A DNA stretch of 64,000 nt from a phage. The translations under genes were made by a program, and so were the position numbers. Within the stretch, counting starts at the first letter, position 1. Each line of letters opens with the position of its first letter. The notes below the pieces were generated by a model. It was not told the origin of the DNA. It saw only the letters and a list, made by a program, of their open reading frames with translations, and did not search any database. Where the stretch lies: the sequence record PV806337.1. The stretch is one strand, 5' to 3'. Positions 35,387 through 44,686 of the stretch are shown here, piece by piece.

Positions 35387-35678
35387 GTTTATTATTGCAC
35401 TGATGATCTCCGCAGTTAGTTTCGGTTCTATGGCGTCTACCAAAGTTTCTATGAAAAATGGCAGTGTTAAAGTCCAACAGAACGGCATTATTACCGAGTA
35501 TGGTAAAGTTCGTGATGTTAAAGAACGTAATGGTAAAGTAGAAATCTATACTAACAAAAACTTTTCTACTCCAGCTGTTACTATTGGCAAACGCGGTGAA
35601 ATAACCACTCAACGTACTAATAGCTCTAGTTCTTTTACTTGTCGTTATGATTGCGACTTTGAAGGTGAAGATGAATAA
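35379..35678 (+). CDS. secreted small protein
   Basis: ATG 35379 overlapping previous stop (ATGAATAA), inside track ORF; signal-peptide-like N-terminus. Confidence 0.5.
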   Translation: MNKFIIALMISAVSFGSMASTKVSMKNGSVKVQQNGIITEYGKVRDVKERNGKVEIYTNKNFSTPAVTIGKRGEITTQRTNSSSSFTCRYDCDFEGEDE

Positions 35679-36063
35679 TTTAGACCCTAGAATTAAATTT
35701 GCAATTACCGAAATCCAAGATCAAATTGATGAGGACTTTACTGTTTGGTCAAGGTCCGGTAACGGGGAATACTGCCAGCTTTATAGTATGAAAATGGGTA
35801 TCTCAATTGAGCTTAATATCAACTCTGAGGGTAGAGTTGAAGCCCAACCCATGTTCAGTGTTCCAGGCTTCTCTGGATTTGTTGCAGGTATAAAATTGTG
35901 CCTACCAAATAACCATCTTCATCGAGTTATTTGTCAGCTAGAGACTATTAAGCATTTCTTGCCAGAAGGTAATATTAATGACTACTACCATGAAGTTGTA
36001 GCAGCTCATATGATGAAAGAAAGTAAACGTCGGAGAGAAGAACGTGAAAAGACTAAACATTAA
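35671..36063 (+). CDS. hypothetical protein
   Basis: ATG 35671 overlapping previous stop (ATGAATAA), inside track ORF 35647-36063. Confidence 0.5.
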   Translation: MNNLDPRIKFAITEIQDQIDEDFTVWSRSGNGEYCQLYSMKMGISIELNINSEGRVEAQPMFSVPGFSGFVAGIKLCLPNNHLHRVICQLETIKHFLPEGNINDYYHEVVAAHMMKESKRRREEREKTKH

Positions 36064-36340
36064 CAGCACAGTGCAGATTCCAGCAACTAAGGATGTTTTA
36101 ACATTCCTACGAAGTGAAAACGCTCAGTTTTGGCATGATCATGTTGTAAAGAACGGTAGTATTCCAGATGTAGTTGCCTTTGCCAAAAAACGTATCGAAG
36201 AATATAAAGATCCAGAGATTAAAGATGGGATGATCACTATGCAATTGTGGGTAGCCATGAATACGTTTGGACCTACTATGAGTCTAGGAGTTACTCCACT
36301 GTTTACTAATATTCTAATTAATGAAAAGGATCTGAAATGA
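36044..36340 (+). CDS. hypothetical protein
   Basis: ORF track 98 aa. Confidence 0.5.
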   Translation: MKRLNINSTVQIPATKDVLTFLRSENAQFWHDHVVKNGSIPDVVAFAKKRIEEYKDPEIKDGMITMQLWVAMNTFGPTMSLGVTPLFTNILINEKDLK

Positions 36341-36621
36341 TTATCTCTCCATTTGCTCTTTGGTTCGTCATTGGATCTATAGTAGCTATTTACAGCTTGG
36401 TTGATGATCTGTATATTTCTAAGAATAAAGATGTAATATTATACGTTATACATAAAACTCGACCGTTAGATCTGCCTCCTCTTGATGATAAAACATTACT
36501 CAGATGTGCTAGATCTATGATATTTATTGTGGATATTCTTCTAGGCCCAACATCTGTGTTTTTCTTTTATAGAAAGACTCGTAATATGAAAAAATTTAAA
36601 GCTGAAATGCAGAATACCTAA
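36337..36621 (+). CDS. membrane protein
   Basis: ORF track 94 aa with hydrophobic segments. Confidence 0.5.
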   Translation: MIISPFALWFVIGSIVAIYSLVDDLYISKNKDVILYVIHKTRPLDLPPLDDKTLLRCARSMIFIVDILLGPTSVFFFYRKTRNMKKFKAEMQNT

Positions 36622-36731
36622 AGAACTCGCGTAGGACCGAGTTGCGTCACCTGCAACTGTTACGGATAAGGGAGTCGTGCCCCTTAGTGCGGTAAGTGGT
36701 GAGGTGGCTGCTAGCCATAACTGGAGATAAT

Positions 36732-37076
36732 ATGACTATATTACTAATTCTTGTTACAACTTGGTTTTTAATCGGTGCTGTATATGCGATAGCTATTATT
36801 AGACATTTGGATGAACATTCTGCTGAATGGTTTGTTAAGTATCTACGTATTGATGATCAAGAACAGAAGTTTAAAGATGAAAAGCAGAAAAAAGCAGTAA
36901 ATAATATGACAGCCAAAGAATGCTTGTTCTACATGCGTATTGTAGGGTTCTTTGGACTATTAGTTGCTGGCCCAATTGGTTCTACCATTGCTCCATATAA
37001 AGAAACAGTTGCTGACATCAAATTGTGGAGAAATGCAGGGGTACTACGCAAAGCTAGAGAAACTAATATTACATAA
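36732..37076 (+). CDS. membrane protein
   Basis: ATG 36732 with GGAG RBS, inside track ORF 36696-37076; two hydrophobic segments. Confidence 0.5.
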   Translation: MTILLILVTTWFLIGAVYAIAIIRHLDEHSAEWFVKYLRIDDQEQKFKDEKQKKAVNNMTAKECLFYMRIVGFFGLLVAGPIGSTIAPYKETVADIKLWRNAGVLRKARETNIT

Positions 37077-37119
37077 GATTGATACTAAATCAACTTACTA
37101 GCAAAAGCAAATAATGACA

Positions 37120-37156
37120 AAGCCCAGCCTGCACTTTTGCGACTGGGCTATTTTTA
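37120..37156 (+). terminator. rho-independent terminator
   Basis: Hairpin AGCCCAGCCTGCAC-TTTTGC-GACTGGGCT then T-run. Confidence 0.65.
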
Positions 37157-37170
37157 TAATAAAATTTTAG

Positions 37171-37199
37171 TTGCTTAGATGCCCAAACTTTTGTATAAT
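37171..37199 (+). promoter_or_regulatory. T5-type promoter
   Basis: TTGCTT 37171-37176, 17 bp, TATAAT 37194-37199. Confidence 0.7.
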
Positions 37200-37230
37200 A
37201 TGTTTATAGATTGAGGCAAGAGGATTAAAT

Positions 37231-37929
37231 ATGAGGATTATTTCTAAGTTCGCCGATGTGTATGATTTGCAGAACAGTTTGTTCGACCCAGATCGTGTTT
37301 GGGAGCGTAAAACTGAAGAGTTGCTGGTTAAAGTAACCGATGATGCAGAAAAGAACATTGTGCATACTCGCCAGGTATTTCGTGATGGCTCGCTATCTTT
37401 TCGTGGTGATTTCGAATATTTTGTAAACCCACTATTTGTTGCAGGTGAAGTTTACTGGTTGCACGAGCTGTACTGCTGGCATCCGGCATTTAGCTTCAAA
37501 ACGTTCAACCTCGACACTATGTTCGATAAAATGGAAGAGATGGGGTTGCATGCCCGCTCTTATTTAATGGATAAGAGTCGCGGAGATGTTCGTGAAACAA
37601 TGCGTGATTTGCTCGCTGAAGCAAAACCTAAAGCAGAACGTATCTTATCCGAACTGCGTGTACCGATTGCATATGTGAAAGGTATTAAAAAGAACGATAA
37701 CGATGATGTTCGTAACTTCGTGATTCAGACTAACATTCGTTTCCATCAGTCAGGTATTCCGTGGCAGGAAATTGAAAGTAACTTATACCGTTTACACCAA
37801 GTTCTCGAACAGTATATCTTCGGTGTACTAGGAACTGGTGAGCCTGATATGATTAAAGTATCAGATAAAGACAGGTTAGCAGCGCATGGATTTGATACAA
37901 AAACTTCTTTCAGGAATATGGCAAGGTAA
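37231..37929 (+). CDS. hypothetical protein
   Basis: ORF track 232 aa after promoter 37171-37199. Confidence 0.6.
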   Translation: MRIISKFADVYDLQNSLFDPDRVWERKTEELLVKVTDDAEKNIVHTRQVFRDGSLSFRGDFEYFVNPLFVAGEVYWLHELYCWHPAFSFKTFNLDTMFDKMEEMGLHARSYLMDKSRGDVRETMRDLLAEAKPKAERILSELRVPIAYVKGIKKNDNDDVRNFVIQTNIRFHQSGIPWQEIESNLYRLHQVLEQYIFGVLGTGEPDMIKVSDKDRLAAHGFDTKTSFRNMAR

Positions 37930-38335
37930 GTGGTATATCCTGGGAGCAGGTCTAGCGATAGGCATCGGGTTCGGTGCTTATCACTTAGTAGATAAAGTGG
38001 AGACTTTAGCAGGAGATCTTGCGGTAGCTACTAAAAAGATTTCTTCTCTAGAGACTTCCCTCAATAAGGTGAAAGCTGAAAGCGAACTTCGTGAGACTAG
38101 AATGAATCAGTATTTCACAATGAATAATATTTCGCAAGCAGATCTAGACAAAAAGATTAAGCAGTTAGACAAAGCTCTTAGTCGCCAAGATATTATAGCT
38201 GCAAAGCCTGGATTGGTAACATTAATTGCTAAAAAGCAGAGTAAAGAGTTCGAGGAAAGATTAGCATGTTTAACTGGAAACTTGGAATACTGCTCGCAGC
38301 CGCAATCACAATCACAGGCTGTGCAGAAGAAATAA
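37886..38335 (+). CDS. candidate i-spanin (N-terminal TM + coiled coil)
   Basis: ORF track 149 aa; single N-terminal hydrophobic segment then charged helical region. Confidence 0.45.
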   Translation: MDLIQKLLSGIWQGKWYILGAGLAIGIGFGAYHLVDKVETLAGDLAVATKKISSLETSLNKVKAESELRETRMNQYFTMNNISQADLDKKIKQLDKALSRQDIIAAKPGLVTLIAKKQSKEFEERLACLTGNLEYCSQPQSQSQAVQKK

Positions 38336-38619
38336 AACCAGAGCCATCTCATGAGTTAAAGCAAGCTCATGTAGACTGGCCTAAAGGACTTCAACCTTGT
38401 AGCTTTGACTTTAAGTTTGAAAAGAAAGTAGCTACAAATGGAGAAGATGGCGTAGTAGTTGTTGTACCATATAAAGATTGGAATATGTTGGCAAAATGCC
38501 GTGAGGCAGAATATTCATATATTTCACGACTGACAAGTATGGTTTGCTTCTATCGCCAAGATTTACAAGAAAAACGTTGCTTAGTTTACTATCCACCCAT
38601 TACAAATAGGAAAGATTAA
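38266..38619 (+). CDS. candidate o-spanin / outer-membrane lipoprotein
   Basis: ORF track 117 aa; lipobox AITITGC; starts inside 3' end of previous gene in another frame. Confidence 0.45.
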   Translation: MFNWKLGILLAAAITITGCAEEIKPEPSHELKQAHVDWPKGLQPCSFDFKFEKKVATNGEDGVVVVVPYKDWNMLAKCREAEYSYISRLTSMVCFYRQDLQEKRCLVYYPPITNRKD

Positions 38620-39371
38620 TGTCAGTATTAGTCGGTTTACATGGTGAAGCTGGTTCGGGAAAAGATACCGTTGCAAAATTAATTATCGATTGGTGTAATG
38701 ACACGTATCCAACGTGTTTACCCCGTCGTTATAGTTTTGCTAAGCCCGTTTATGAACTTGCATCCGTAATCCTCGGTGTAACTCCAGAGTTTCTAGGAGA
38801 GCGCAGGGGAAAAGAGGTTGACCAATGGTTTACGGTCACACAATCTCAATTGGAGCGAGCCAGAGATGTGTGGTTTAAGTACGGTATCGATAAGTTTGAA
38901 GACTTCTCGTACGTTTGGCCTATTTTTGAGGAAAAATATCTTAATCCTCAACAACTTATCTCAGAGAGTAAAAAAGACGGACTTTATAGTTTATTTATTT
39001 CTCCGAGAAAAATGTTACAGCTCGTAGGAACTGAGCTAGGAAGGCAGCTGGTGCATGAACGCATTTGGCTCATAATTCTGGAGCAATCCATCGCTAAAGA
39101 CGACCCAGACGTCGCCGTAATAACAGATGTTAGATTCCCCAATGAAGGAGAGTTACTCAGAGAAACAAACCATTTAGATATGGATTCTTTGATAGTAAAT
39201 GTAGTACCCGCTGAGCAGAAGTTCACTATTAAATCAGATCATCCATCTGAAAGTGGTATTCCTGCAAAATATATTACTCACGAATTAGTTAATAAATTCG
39301 ATGGTATCAATAACCTTAAACTAGAAGTTTATAACTTCTGTGACTTAGAGCTAGAACCACTAGTTGGATAA
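38619..39371 (+). CDS. dnk: deoxynucleoside monophosphate kinase
   Basis: ORF track 250 aa; P-loop GEAGSGKDT at N-terminus. Confidence 0.7.
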   Translation: MSVLVGLHGEAGSGKDTVAKLIIDWCNDTYPTCLPRRYSFAKPVYELASVILGVTPEFLGERRGKEVDQWFTVTQSQLERARDVWFKYGIDKFEDFSYVWPIFEEKYLNPQQLISESKKDGLYSLFISPRKMLQLVGTELGRQLVHERIWLIILEQSIAKDDPDVAVITDVRFPNEGELLRETNHLDMDSLIVNVVPAEQKFTIKSDHPSESGIPAKYITHELVNKFDGINNLKLEVYNFCDLELEPLVG

Positions 39372-39383
39372 TCAAGGATCGCT

Positions 39384-39983
39384 ATGACTAATAAAAAAGA
39401 AGAAAAGACTAACCTGTTTCACTCCATTCGCCAATCTAATGAGTATACCTTTTTCTTTGATGAAGAATTAGGTCCACCTGATGAATACCGTGATTTATCA
39501 ATGGTACTTATGCAGGCAAATGAGGACGACGAAATTAATCTGATGATTAATGGCCCGGGTGGTTATGTTGATACTGCCGCACAGTTATCTAACTTAATTG
39601 CTAATTGCCGTGGAACAGTTATAGGACACCTGATTGGTCCTAGTGCTTCTGCTTACTGCACAATTTTCCTATCTTGTCATGGATGGGTAGTACACCCACA
39701 TGCTACGCTAATGGGACACACGTTCTCTGGCGGGTTCTGTGAGAAAGGTCAAGAAATCAAGAAAGCCTATGAATCTTACAACAAGTTCGTAGAAGATATG
39801 ATGCTAGATGTCTACTATCCATTCTTCTCAATAGATGAAATCGACGAGATGGTAAAAGACAACAAAAATATCTATCTAGATAGCAAGGAAATACATAAGC
39901 GTATTGAAATCTTGGCAAAATATCGATCTGAGCAATATAATAAAATGCAGTTACCTCAATCCGAGGGGCACAACGAAGAGTAA
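39384..39983 (+). CDS. ClpP-like serine protease
   Basis: ORF track 199 aa; INGPGGYV ... GPSAS ... HP resembles ClpP catalytic core. Confidence 0.6.
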   Translation: MTNKKEEKTNLFHSIRQSNEYTFFFDEELGPPDEYRDLSMVLMQANEDDEINLMINGPGGYVDTAAQLSNLIANCRGTVIGHLIGPSASAYCTIFLSCHGWVVHPHATLMGHTFSGGFCEKGQEIKKAYESYNKFVEDMMLDVYYPFFSIDEIDEMVKDNKNIYLDSKEIHKRIEILAKYRSEQYNKMQLPQSEGHNEE

Positions 39984-39992
39984 GTAATTTTA

Positions 39993-40022
39993 AGCCAGGG
40001 TTAAGTACCCTGGCTTTTCTTT
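39993..40022 (+). terminator. rho-independent terminator after ClpP-like gene
   Basis: Hairpin GCCAGGGTTAAGTACCCTGGC then TTTTCTTTT. Confidence 0.7.
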
Positions 40023-40085
40023 TATCTAAAATTCTTCTTGACAACGACATAATTTTGTGCTCCAAGTGTAACATTTAAAAACCCA

Positions 40086-40114
40086 TTGAAATTTTCCTCC
40101 AAAATTAGTATAAT
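40086..40114 (+). promoter_or_regulatory. sigma70-type promoter of lysis cassette
   Basis: TTGAAA 40086-40091, 17 bp, TATAAT 40109-40114; holin start TTG 40140. Confidence 0.55.
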
Positions 40115-40139
40115 GGTACTGGTTAGAGGAGGTTACAAA

Positions 40140-40796
40140 TTGGAAAAGTTCTTACAATTATTAACAGTACTGCTCCAAGAAGCGAAAGACCCAGCATCGC
40201 TTCTTAAACGTCTGCTAACTATCTTAGTTGCTGTCATTATTTTCTTATTTGTTAGTAATACTAGTGAAGTGATGTCATTCTTAAAGACTTTTTCCACGTC
40301 TGCAGTTTTACAGGATTTACAAACCCAGAGGATAGATAACTTCCCTAATGTGGCGAGGGAAAAGAGCATGGTTCTCTTCTCTCAGACGGGTGCAGATGCT
40401 GTTTTTGTAGTCAAGTATAAACCAGATGCTATCAATGACTATTCCAATATTATTGCATGGGAAAGTAATGCGCAATTAGATAGGGCTGACTTGGCCGATA
40501 AAGCGGTAAATAAAACGTCTGAATTATACAGACGTCATTTAGAGGGCTTTAACTACGCATCGGATCTAAGTGTAAGAGTAAATAAATATATGGGGTTAAA
40601 TATACCTGCGTTTAAAAACGTTACTTTTAATTACATATACACTTGTCCATACTTCAATCTAAAAAATATCTATGCTGGGTACATTGGTATTGCTTGGAAA
40701 GATAATCCGGTAGATACAGCTGATTCTGAACAGTTCAAGGAATATTTAGCAAAGCTCTGTTCCCCACAACAGAGATCTTTAGGTAGATCAATATGA
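40140..40796 (+). CDS. holin-like membrane protein
   Basis: TTG 40140 with GAGGAGG RBS after promoter 40086-40114; 218 codons; N-terminal TM; immediately upstream of endolysin. Confidence 0.55.
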   Translation: MEKFLQLLTVLLQEAKDPASLLKRLLTILVAVIIFLFVSNTSEVMSFLKTFSTSAVLQDLQTQRIDNFPNVAREKSMVLFSQTGADAVFVVKYKPDAINDYSNIIAWESNAQLDRADLADKAVNKTSELYRRHLEGFNYASDLSVRVNKYMGLNIPAFKNVTFNYIYTCPYFNLKNIYAGYIGIAWKDNPVDTADSEQFKEYLAKLCSPQQRSLGRSI

Positions 40797-41206
40797 GTTT
40801 TAAATTTGGTAAAAATAGTGAAAAACAATTAGCTACCGTTAAGCCCGAACTACAAAAAGTAGCTCGTAGGGCTTTAGAACTATCTCCGTATGATTTCACA
40901 ATCGTGCAAGGTATTCGTACAGTAGCACAAAGTGCCCAGAACATTGCTAATGGTACTTCATTTCTAAAAGATCCTAGTAAAAGCAAACATATTACTGGGG
41001 ATGCTATTGATTTTGCTCCATATATTAATGGCAAAATTGATTGGAATGACTTAGAAGCATTTTGGGCAGTTAAAAAGGCTTTTGAACAAGCTGGTAAAGA
41101 GCTAGGCATTAAACTTCGTTTTGGTGCTGATTGGAATGCTTCGGGAGATTATCACGACGAAATAAAACGTGGTACCTATGATGGCGGTCATGTCGAACTA
41201 GTTTAA
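40793..41206 (+). CDS. lys: endolysin, L-alanyl-D-glutamate peptidase (M15/VanY-like)
   Basis: ORF track 137 aa; SKHITGDAIDF and DGGHVEL zinc-peptidase motifs; terminator at 41214-41241. Confidence 0.8.
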   Translation: MSFKFGKNSEKQLATVKPELQKVARRALELSPYDFTIVQGIRTVAQSAQNIANGTSFLKDPSKSKHITGDAIDFAPYINGKIDWNDLEAFWAVKKAFEQAGKELGIKLRFGADWNASGDYHDEIKRGTYDGGHVELV

Positions 41207-41213
41207 TTAATAA

Positions 41214-41241
41214 CTGAGGCGGGAATATTCCCGCCTTTTTA
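41214..41241 (+). terminator. rho-independent terminator after endolysin
   Basis: Hairpin GGCGGGAATATTCCCGCC then TTTTT. Confidence 0.7.
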
Positions 41242-41283
41242 GGCAAAGGGGGCTTTAATAATTTTTGAAGATAGGAGAAAGCC

Positions 41284-41700
41284 ATGTTTGCAGAACTATT
41301 CACTATGATGCTGCTAGGTATCTGGAAAATAAGTCTAGTAGTATTCGTTTTAATGATAGTCTTTACTATCATTGCATTAACTACCCGAAATAGCTTATTA
41401 ATAAAGGTTATTCACGGACTAGAGTATATAATTATGGGTTCATTCGGCGTTTGTAAATGCAATTGCCATAGAGATACGAAATATTGTTGGTTATGGATGG
41501 AACTAGAGAATCCTATATCCATAGCTTTGGCTGTTTCATTCGGTATGATTCTTATGGCCCTTACTCTAGCATTAATACCTTTGATGTTAGCTGGGGGAGT
41601 TACAGCGTATTTCACCCTTTTCTCCCCGATACTTATGTACTCAATTTACCCAATAACTATGTATCTAGTTAGGAAAAAATTTATACATACAGTAGATTAA
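41284..41700 (+). CDS. multi-pass membrane protein
   Basis: ORF track 138 aa, several hydrophobic segments. Confidence 0.5.
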   Translation: MFAELFTMMLLGIWKISLVVFVLMIVFTIIALTTRNSLLIKVIHGLEYIIMGSFGVCKCNCHRDTKYCWLWMELENPISIALAVSFGMILMALTLALIPLMLAGGVTAYFTLFSPILMYSIYPITMYLVRKKFIHTVD

Positions 41701-41713
41701 GATAAAAAAGTAG

Positions 41714-41742
41714 TTGACTTTTAGCCCTAGTTATTATATAAT
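41714..41742 (+). promoter_or_regulatory. sigma70-type promoter
   Basis: TTGACT 41714-41719, 17 bp, TATAAT 41737-41742. Confidence 0.65.
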
Positions 41743-41775
41743 ATATACATAAATTAGTTAAGAGAGGTATATATT

Positions 41776-42207
41776 ATGTCTGATCGTTTCTATACTCAAA
41801 TGGCGGAACATTTTCGTATACCACATTACGAGCTAAACATTGCACTCCGTGATCATGACTCTCCTGAGTACAAAAAGCTCGAAAAGAAAGCGGAAAAATC
41901 TATTGATACAAAGGTAGGTGCATCTATGTCTAAGGGCAAAAAGTTAACTCGTCTTGATCTTAATAAAATTTTAACTGAACTTTTGGGTACTGATATTGAA
42001 GGTGCTAAATTACCGCTTCTTGTACTAGAGACTATGATTAAAAAGGTCAAAAATAAAGAATATAAGAAGGTAGAAGTGCCAGAAGGCAGATTGAAGGCTC
42101 CTTATCAGGAAGCATTAACCGAGTGTTTGGGTGTAAATCTTGATCTAAGCACCGCAACCGTAAAAACTATGAAAAACTTCTTAGAGGCCATTAATAACTA
42201 TGAGTAA
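41776..42207 (+). CDS. hypothetical protein
   Basis: ORF track 143 aa after promoter 41714-41742. Confidence 0.55.
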   Translation: MSDRFYTQMAEHFRIPHYELNIALRDHDSPEYKKLEKKAEKSIDTKVGASMSKGKKLTRLDLNKILTELLGTDIEGAKLPLLVLETMIKKVKNKEYKKVEVPEGRLKAPYQEALTECLGVNLDLSTATVKTMKNFLEAINNYE

Positions 42208-42490
42208 ATTAGTATATCTATTGAAAGGTTCCACTTGCAATCCTTGCAAAATGTTTGAGCCAGTATTTGATAAAGTAGTCAATGACTATAATTTGGAAAT
42301 CCATAAAGAGACTGATAATACAGAATTAATGCAGAAATTTGGTGTGCGCCAAGTTCCTGTAGTAGTTCTGGCAGATCGCTTACCTAATGGTCGAGTAGAA
42401 GCTAATCATATTCTGATTGGACGTCAGCTTCGTAAAGAAACTATGCACGAAGCTATTAAAAATTTCCTGGATGATAATCCAGAGGACTAA
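42200..42490 (+). CDS. thioredoxin-like protein
   Basis: ORF track 96 aa; CNPC motif near N-terminus. Confidence 0.5.
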   Translation: MSKLVYLLKGSTCNPCKMFEPVFDKVVNDYNLEIHKETDNTELMQKFGVRQVPVVVLADRLPNGRVEANHILIGRQLRKETMHEAIKNFLDDNPED

Positions 42491-42497
42491 TAAACAA

Positions 42498-42530
42498 AGC
42501 CTGATCTTAGCGGATCAGGCTTTTATTTTA
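42498..42530 (+). terminator. rho-independent terminator
   Basis: Hairpin AGCCTGATC-TTAGC-GGATCAGGCT then TTTTATTTT. Confidence 0.7.
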
Positions 42531-42531
42531 C

Positions 42532-42560
42532 TTGCTTTTTGCTAAAAATTTTGGTATAAT
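42532..42560 (+). promoter_or_regulatory. T5-type promoter
   Basis: TTGCTT 42532-42537, 17 bp, TATAAT 42555-42560. Confidence 0.7.
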
Positions 42561-42587
42561 ATTTATATAAATTGATCGGAGGATTAA

Positions 42588-42833
42588 ATGTTAGCGGAAC
42601 AGGCAAAACGTTTAGCCAGAATAAATAGAGCTGCACTTCTTAAAAGCAGAAAGAAACAATATAAGTATGTTAAAAAGAGAATAGTTTCTTCTGTGGGGAT
42701 TGGAGGTTCTTTTGTACAGTTTAATCGTGATGAAATTGGTTATGAAGCTATAAAAGCCCTCTATAAAGAGGGTTATACCCTCCAACTATCTAATGATTAT
42801 GGCACAACTATTTTAACTGTTATTTGGGAATAA
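42588..42833 (+). CDS. hypothetical protein
   Basis: ORF track 81 aa after promoter 42532-42560. Confidence 0.5.
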   Translation: MLAEQAKRLARINRAALLKSRKKQYKYVKKRIVSSVGIGGSFVQFNRDEIGYEAIKALYKEGYTLQLSNDYGTTILTVIWE

Positions 42834-42835
42834 TT

Positions 42836-43699
42836 ATGAAAAAAGAATTTAATGTACATAAAACTCTAGTAGTGCCGGATGATGCCAACTTGTTTTTCGT
42901 TGGTGATATTCATGGGTGCAACGATTTGCTAGAAGATGCGTTAAAATTAGCTGGGTATAATAGCAAAAAAGATTGCGTAGTATGTGTTGGTGACTTAATT
43001 GACCGAGGCACACAAAACTTACAAGTTTTAGCCAAATTCCTGTATAATCCACGCTTTATCAGTGTCCGTGGCAATCATGACCAATTTATGATTGTGGGAG
43101 ATTGGGCTAACTGGATGTATAATGGTGGTATGTGGGCCATGAATGAACTAGATGCTGACACCATTAAAAATATTGCCGAAGATATGGCTGAAAAAATGCC
43201 AGTATTCCTAACTGTTAGACATCGTGGTAAGAAGTTTGGTGTTGTTCATGGTGGTATACCTTTTACATACAAAGAATGTGGTAATGAAGTAGAAACCCCA
43301 GTATGGGATAATCTTATTGCACAAGTAGAAGCAACTAAGGAAGACCCACATGACCATCCGGGATACCATGTTGAACCATATTTATGGGATCGAGATGTAA
43401 TCCAAGAAATAGGCTTCTACTTGTCCAAAAATGGTGAGGAACACCCATATTTCCAGCGTTATGCAGGATTTAAAGAAAAATACATGGTAGAAGTGCCTGA
43501 AGTTAAAGGGGTAGATTTCGTGTTTCACGGGCATACTGGGGTCCCTTACCCACTTCTTTATAAAAACCGTGTTTATCTTGATACTGGCGGTGTTTTCAAC
43601 GGGCAGTTGACGGTTGCGCAGGTTAATGATGAAACGGGCAAAATCACCACATTTACTACACTCCGGGAAGATAGCTGTGGTGTACAGAGGATTCTTTAA
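42836..43699 (+). CDS. serine/threonine protein phosphatase (calcineurin-like metallophosphatase)
   Basis: In-frame ATG of track ORF; GDIHGC, GDLIDRG, GNHD motifs. Confidence 0.75.
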   Translation: MKKEFNVHKTLVVPDDANLFFVGDIHGCNDLLEDALKLAGYNSKKDCVVCVGDLIDRGTQNLQVLAKFLYNPRFISVRGNHDQFMIVGDWANWMYNGGMWAMNELDADTIKNIAEDMAEKMPVFLTVRHRGKKFGVVHGGIPFTYKECGNEVETPVWDNLIAQVEATKEDPHDHPGYHVEPYLWDRDVIQEIGFYLSKNGEEHPYFQRYAGFKEKYMVEVPEVKGVDFVFHGHTGVPYPLLYKNRVYLDTGGVFNGQLTVAQVNDETGKITTFTTLREDSCGVQRIL

Positions 43700-43998
43700 T
43701 GAATGATAGAATGAAAGAAGTACGAGAAGAATTACGAGCAATGCGTATTGATGCCCTTCGTTGGAGGGCATTAGTTAATGCTTTCGTCAAAGGAGATACT
43801 GGGGTAATATATTCTGGGATAGCAGTCAATTTTTGTTTTAATTCTCCTACTGAAATAGAGGTAGAAACAAGGCTTACTACCTATCTTAATGAGGTAGACC
43901 TTAAGGAAGGAGAGACTTCCGAGGAGTTTAAAACCAAAGTGTTAACCTCTTGGGTTGATAGTTTAATACAGAATAAGGAAAAGAGTAATGAAAGTTAA
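43699..43998 (+). CDS. hypothetical protein
   Basis: ORF track 99 aa. Confidence 0.5.
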   Translation: MNDRMKEVREELRAMRIDALRWRALVNAFVKGDTGVIYSGIAVNFCFNSPTEIEVETRLTTYLNEVDLKEGETSEEFKTKVLTSWVDSLIQNKEKSNES

Positions 43999-44578
43999 AT
44001 TCTGGTCAGACTTGCACCTAGACCACCCTGGAGCGTTACGTTTCCGTCCGTGGTTTAAGAACATGAAGGAGCACGATGAGTATATTCTAGACACTTTGTC
44101 CAAGCATATTGGTAAACGAACAAAACTTATTTTGCTAGGAGATATTGCAGTAGGTCGTGAAGGTCTGGCCAAGTTAAAGTCGGTTATCCACAATGTCCCT
44201 AATCAACTCATTATGGGTAATCATGATGCGGAGCGTCAAGGACTGAGTATTAGGGACTTAGCGGAAGTTTATGACGATATTCAAGCTCTAGGCAAACAGA
44301 CTGGAGGTGGCAAAAAGTTTTGGCTATCTCACTGCCCTTTGCATCCCAATGAACTTCGTGGCAAACTAAATATTCACGGACATGTACATACTACTTCTTT
44401 ACGTGACCCACGTTATATTAATGTCTCATTTGAAATGAGTAGAACTCCAATTCCACTAGAGGATATTGTGTCTGGTAAGTTTACTAGTTACGATAGAGTG
44501 GTTAATTGTACTACCGGCGAGGTATTACAAATAGGAGAAGACGTAGCTGCTGTATTGCGTGGCGATATAAATGTCTAA
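43988..44578 (+). CDS. metallophosphoesterase
   Basis: ORF track 196 aa; DLHLDH, GDIAVG, GNHD motifs. Confidence 0.6.
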   Translation: MKVKFWSDLHLDHPGALRFRPWFKNMKEHDEYILDTLSKHIGKRTKLILLGDIAVGREGLAKLKSVIHNVPNQLIMGNHDAERQGLSIRDLAEVYDDIQALGKQTGGGKKFWLSHCPLHPNELRGKLNIHGHVHTTSLRDPRYINVSFEMSRTPIPLEDIVSGKFTSYDRVVNCTTGEVLQIGEDVAAVLRGDINV

Positions 44579-44686
44579 GTATATAGCTGAGGTTATTATT
44601 AAACGAATCATACAGGCGATAGCAATACTTATAATCATTTGTATTGCTATTGGCACAGGATTAGGCATTTTAATTAAAAGTTTTAT

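Noticed and set aside
40086-40139. Holin start at ATG 40086 as in the ORF track
   Set aside because: That ATG and the next in-frame ATG (40113) fall inside the -35/-10 elements of the promoter at 40086-40114. TTG 40140, with a GAGGAGG RBS 7 nt upstream, is the more plausible start.
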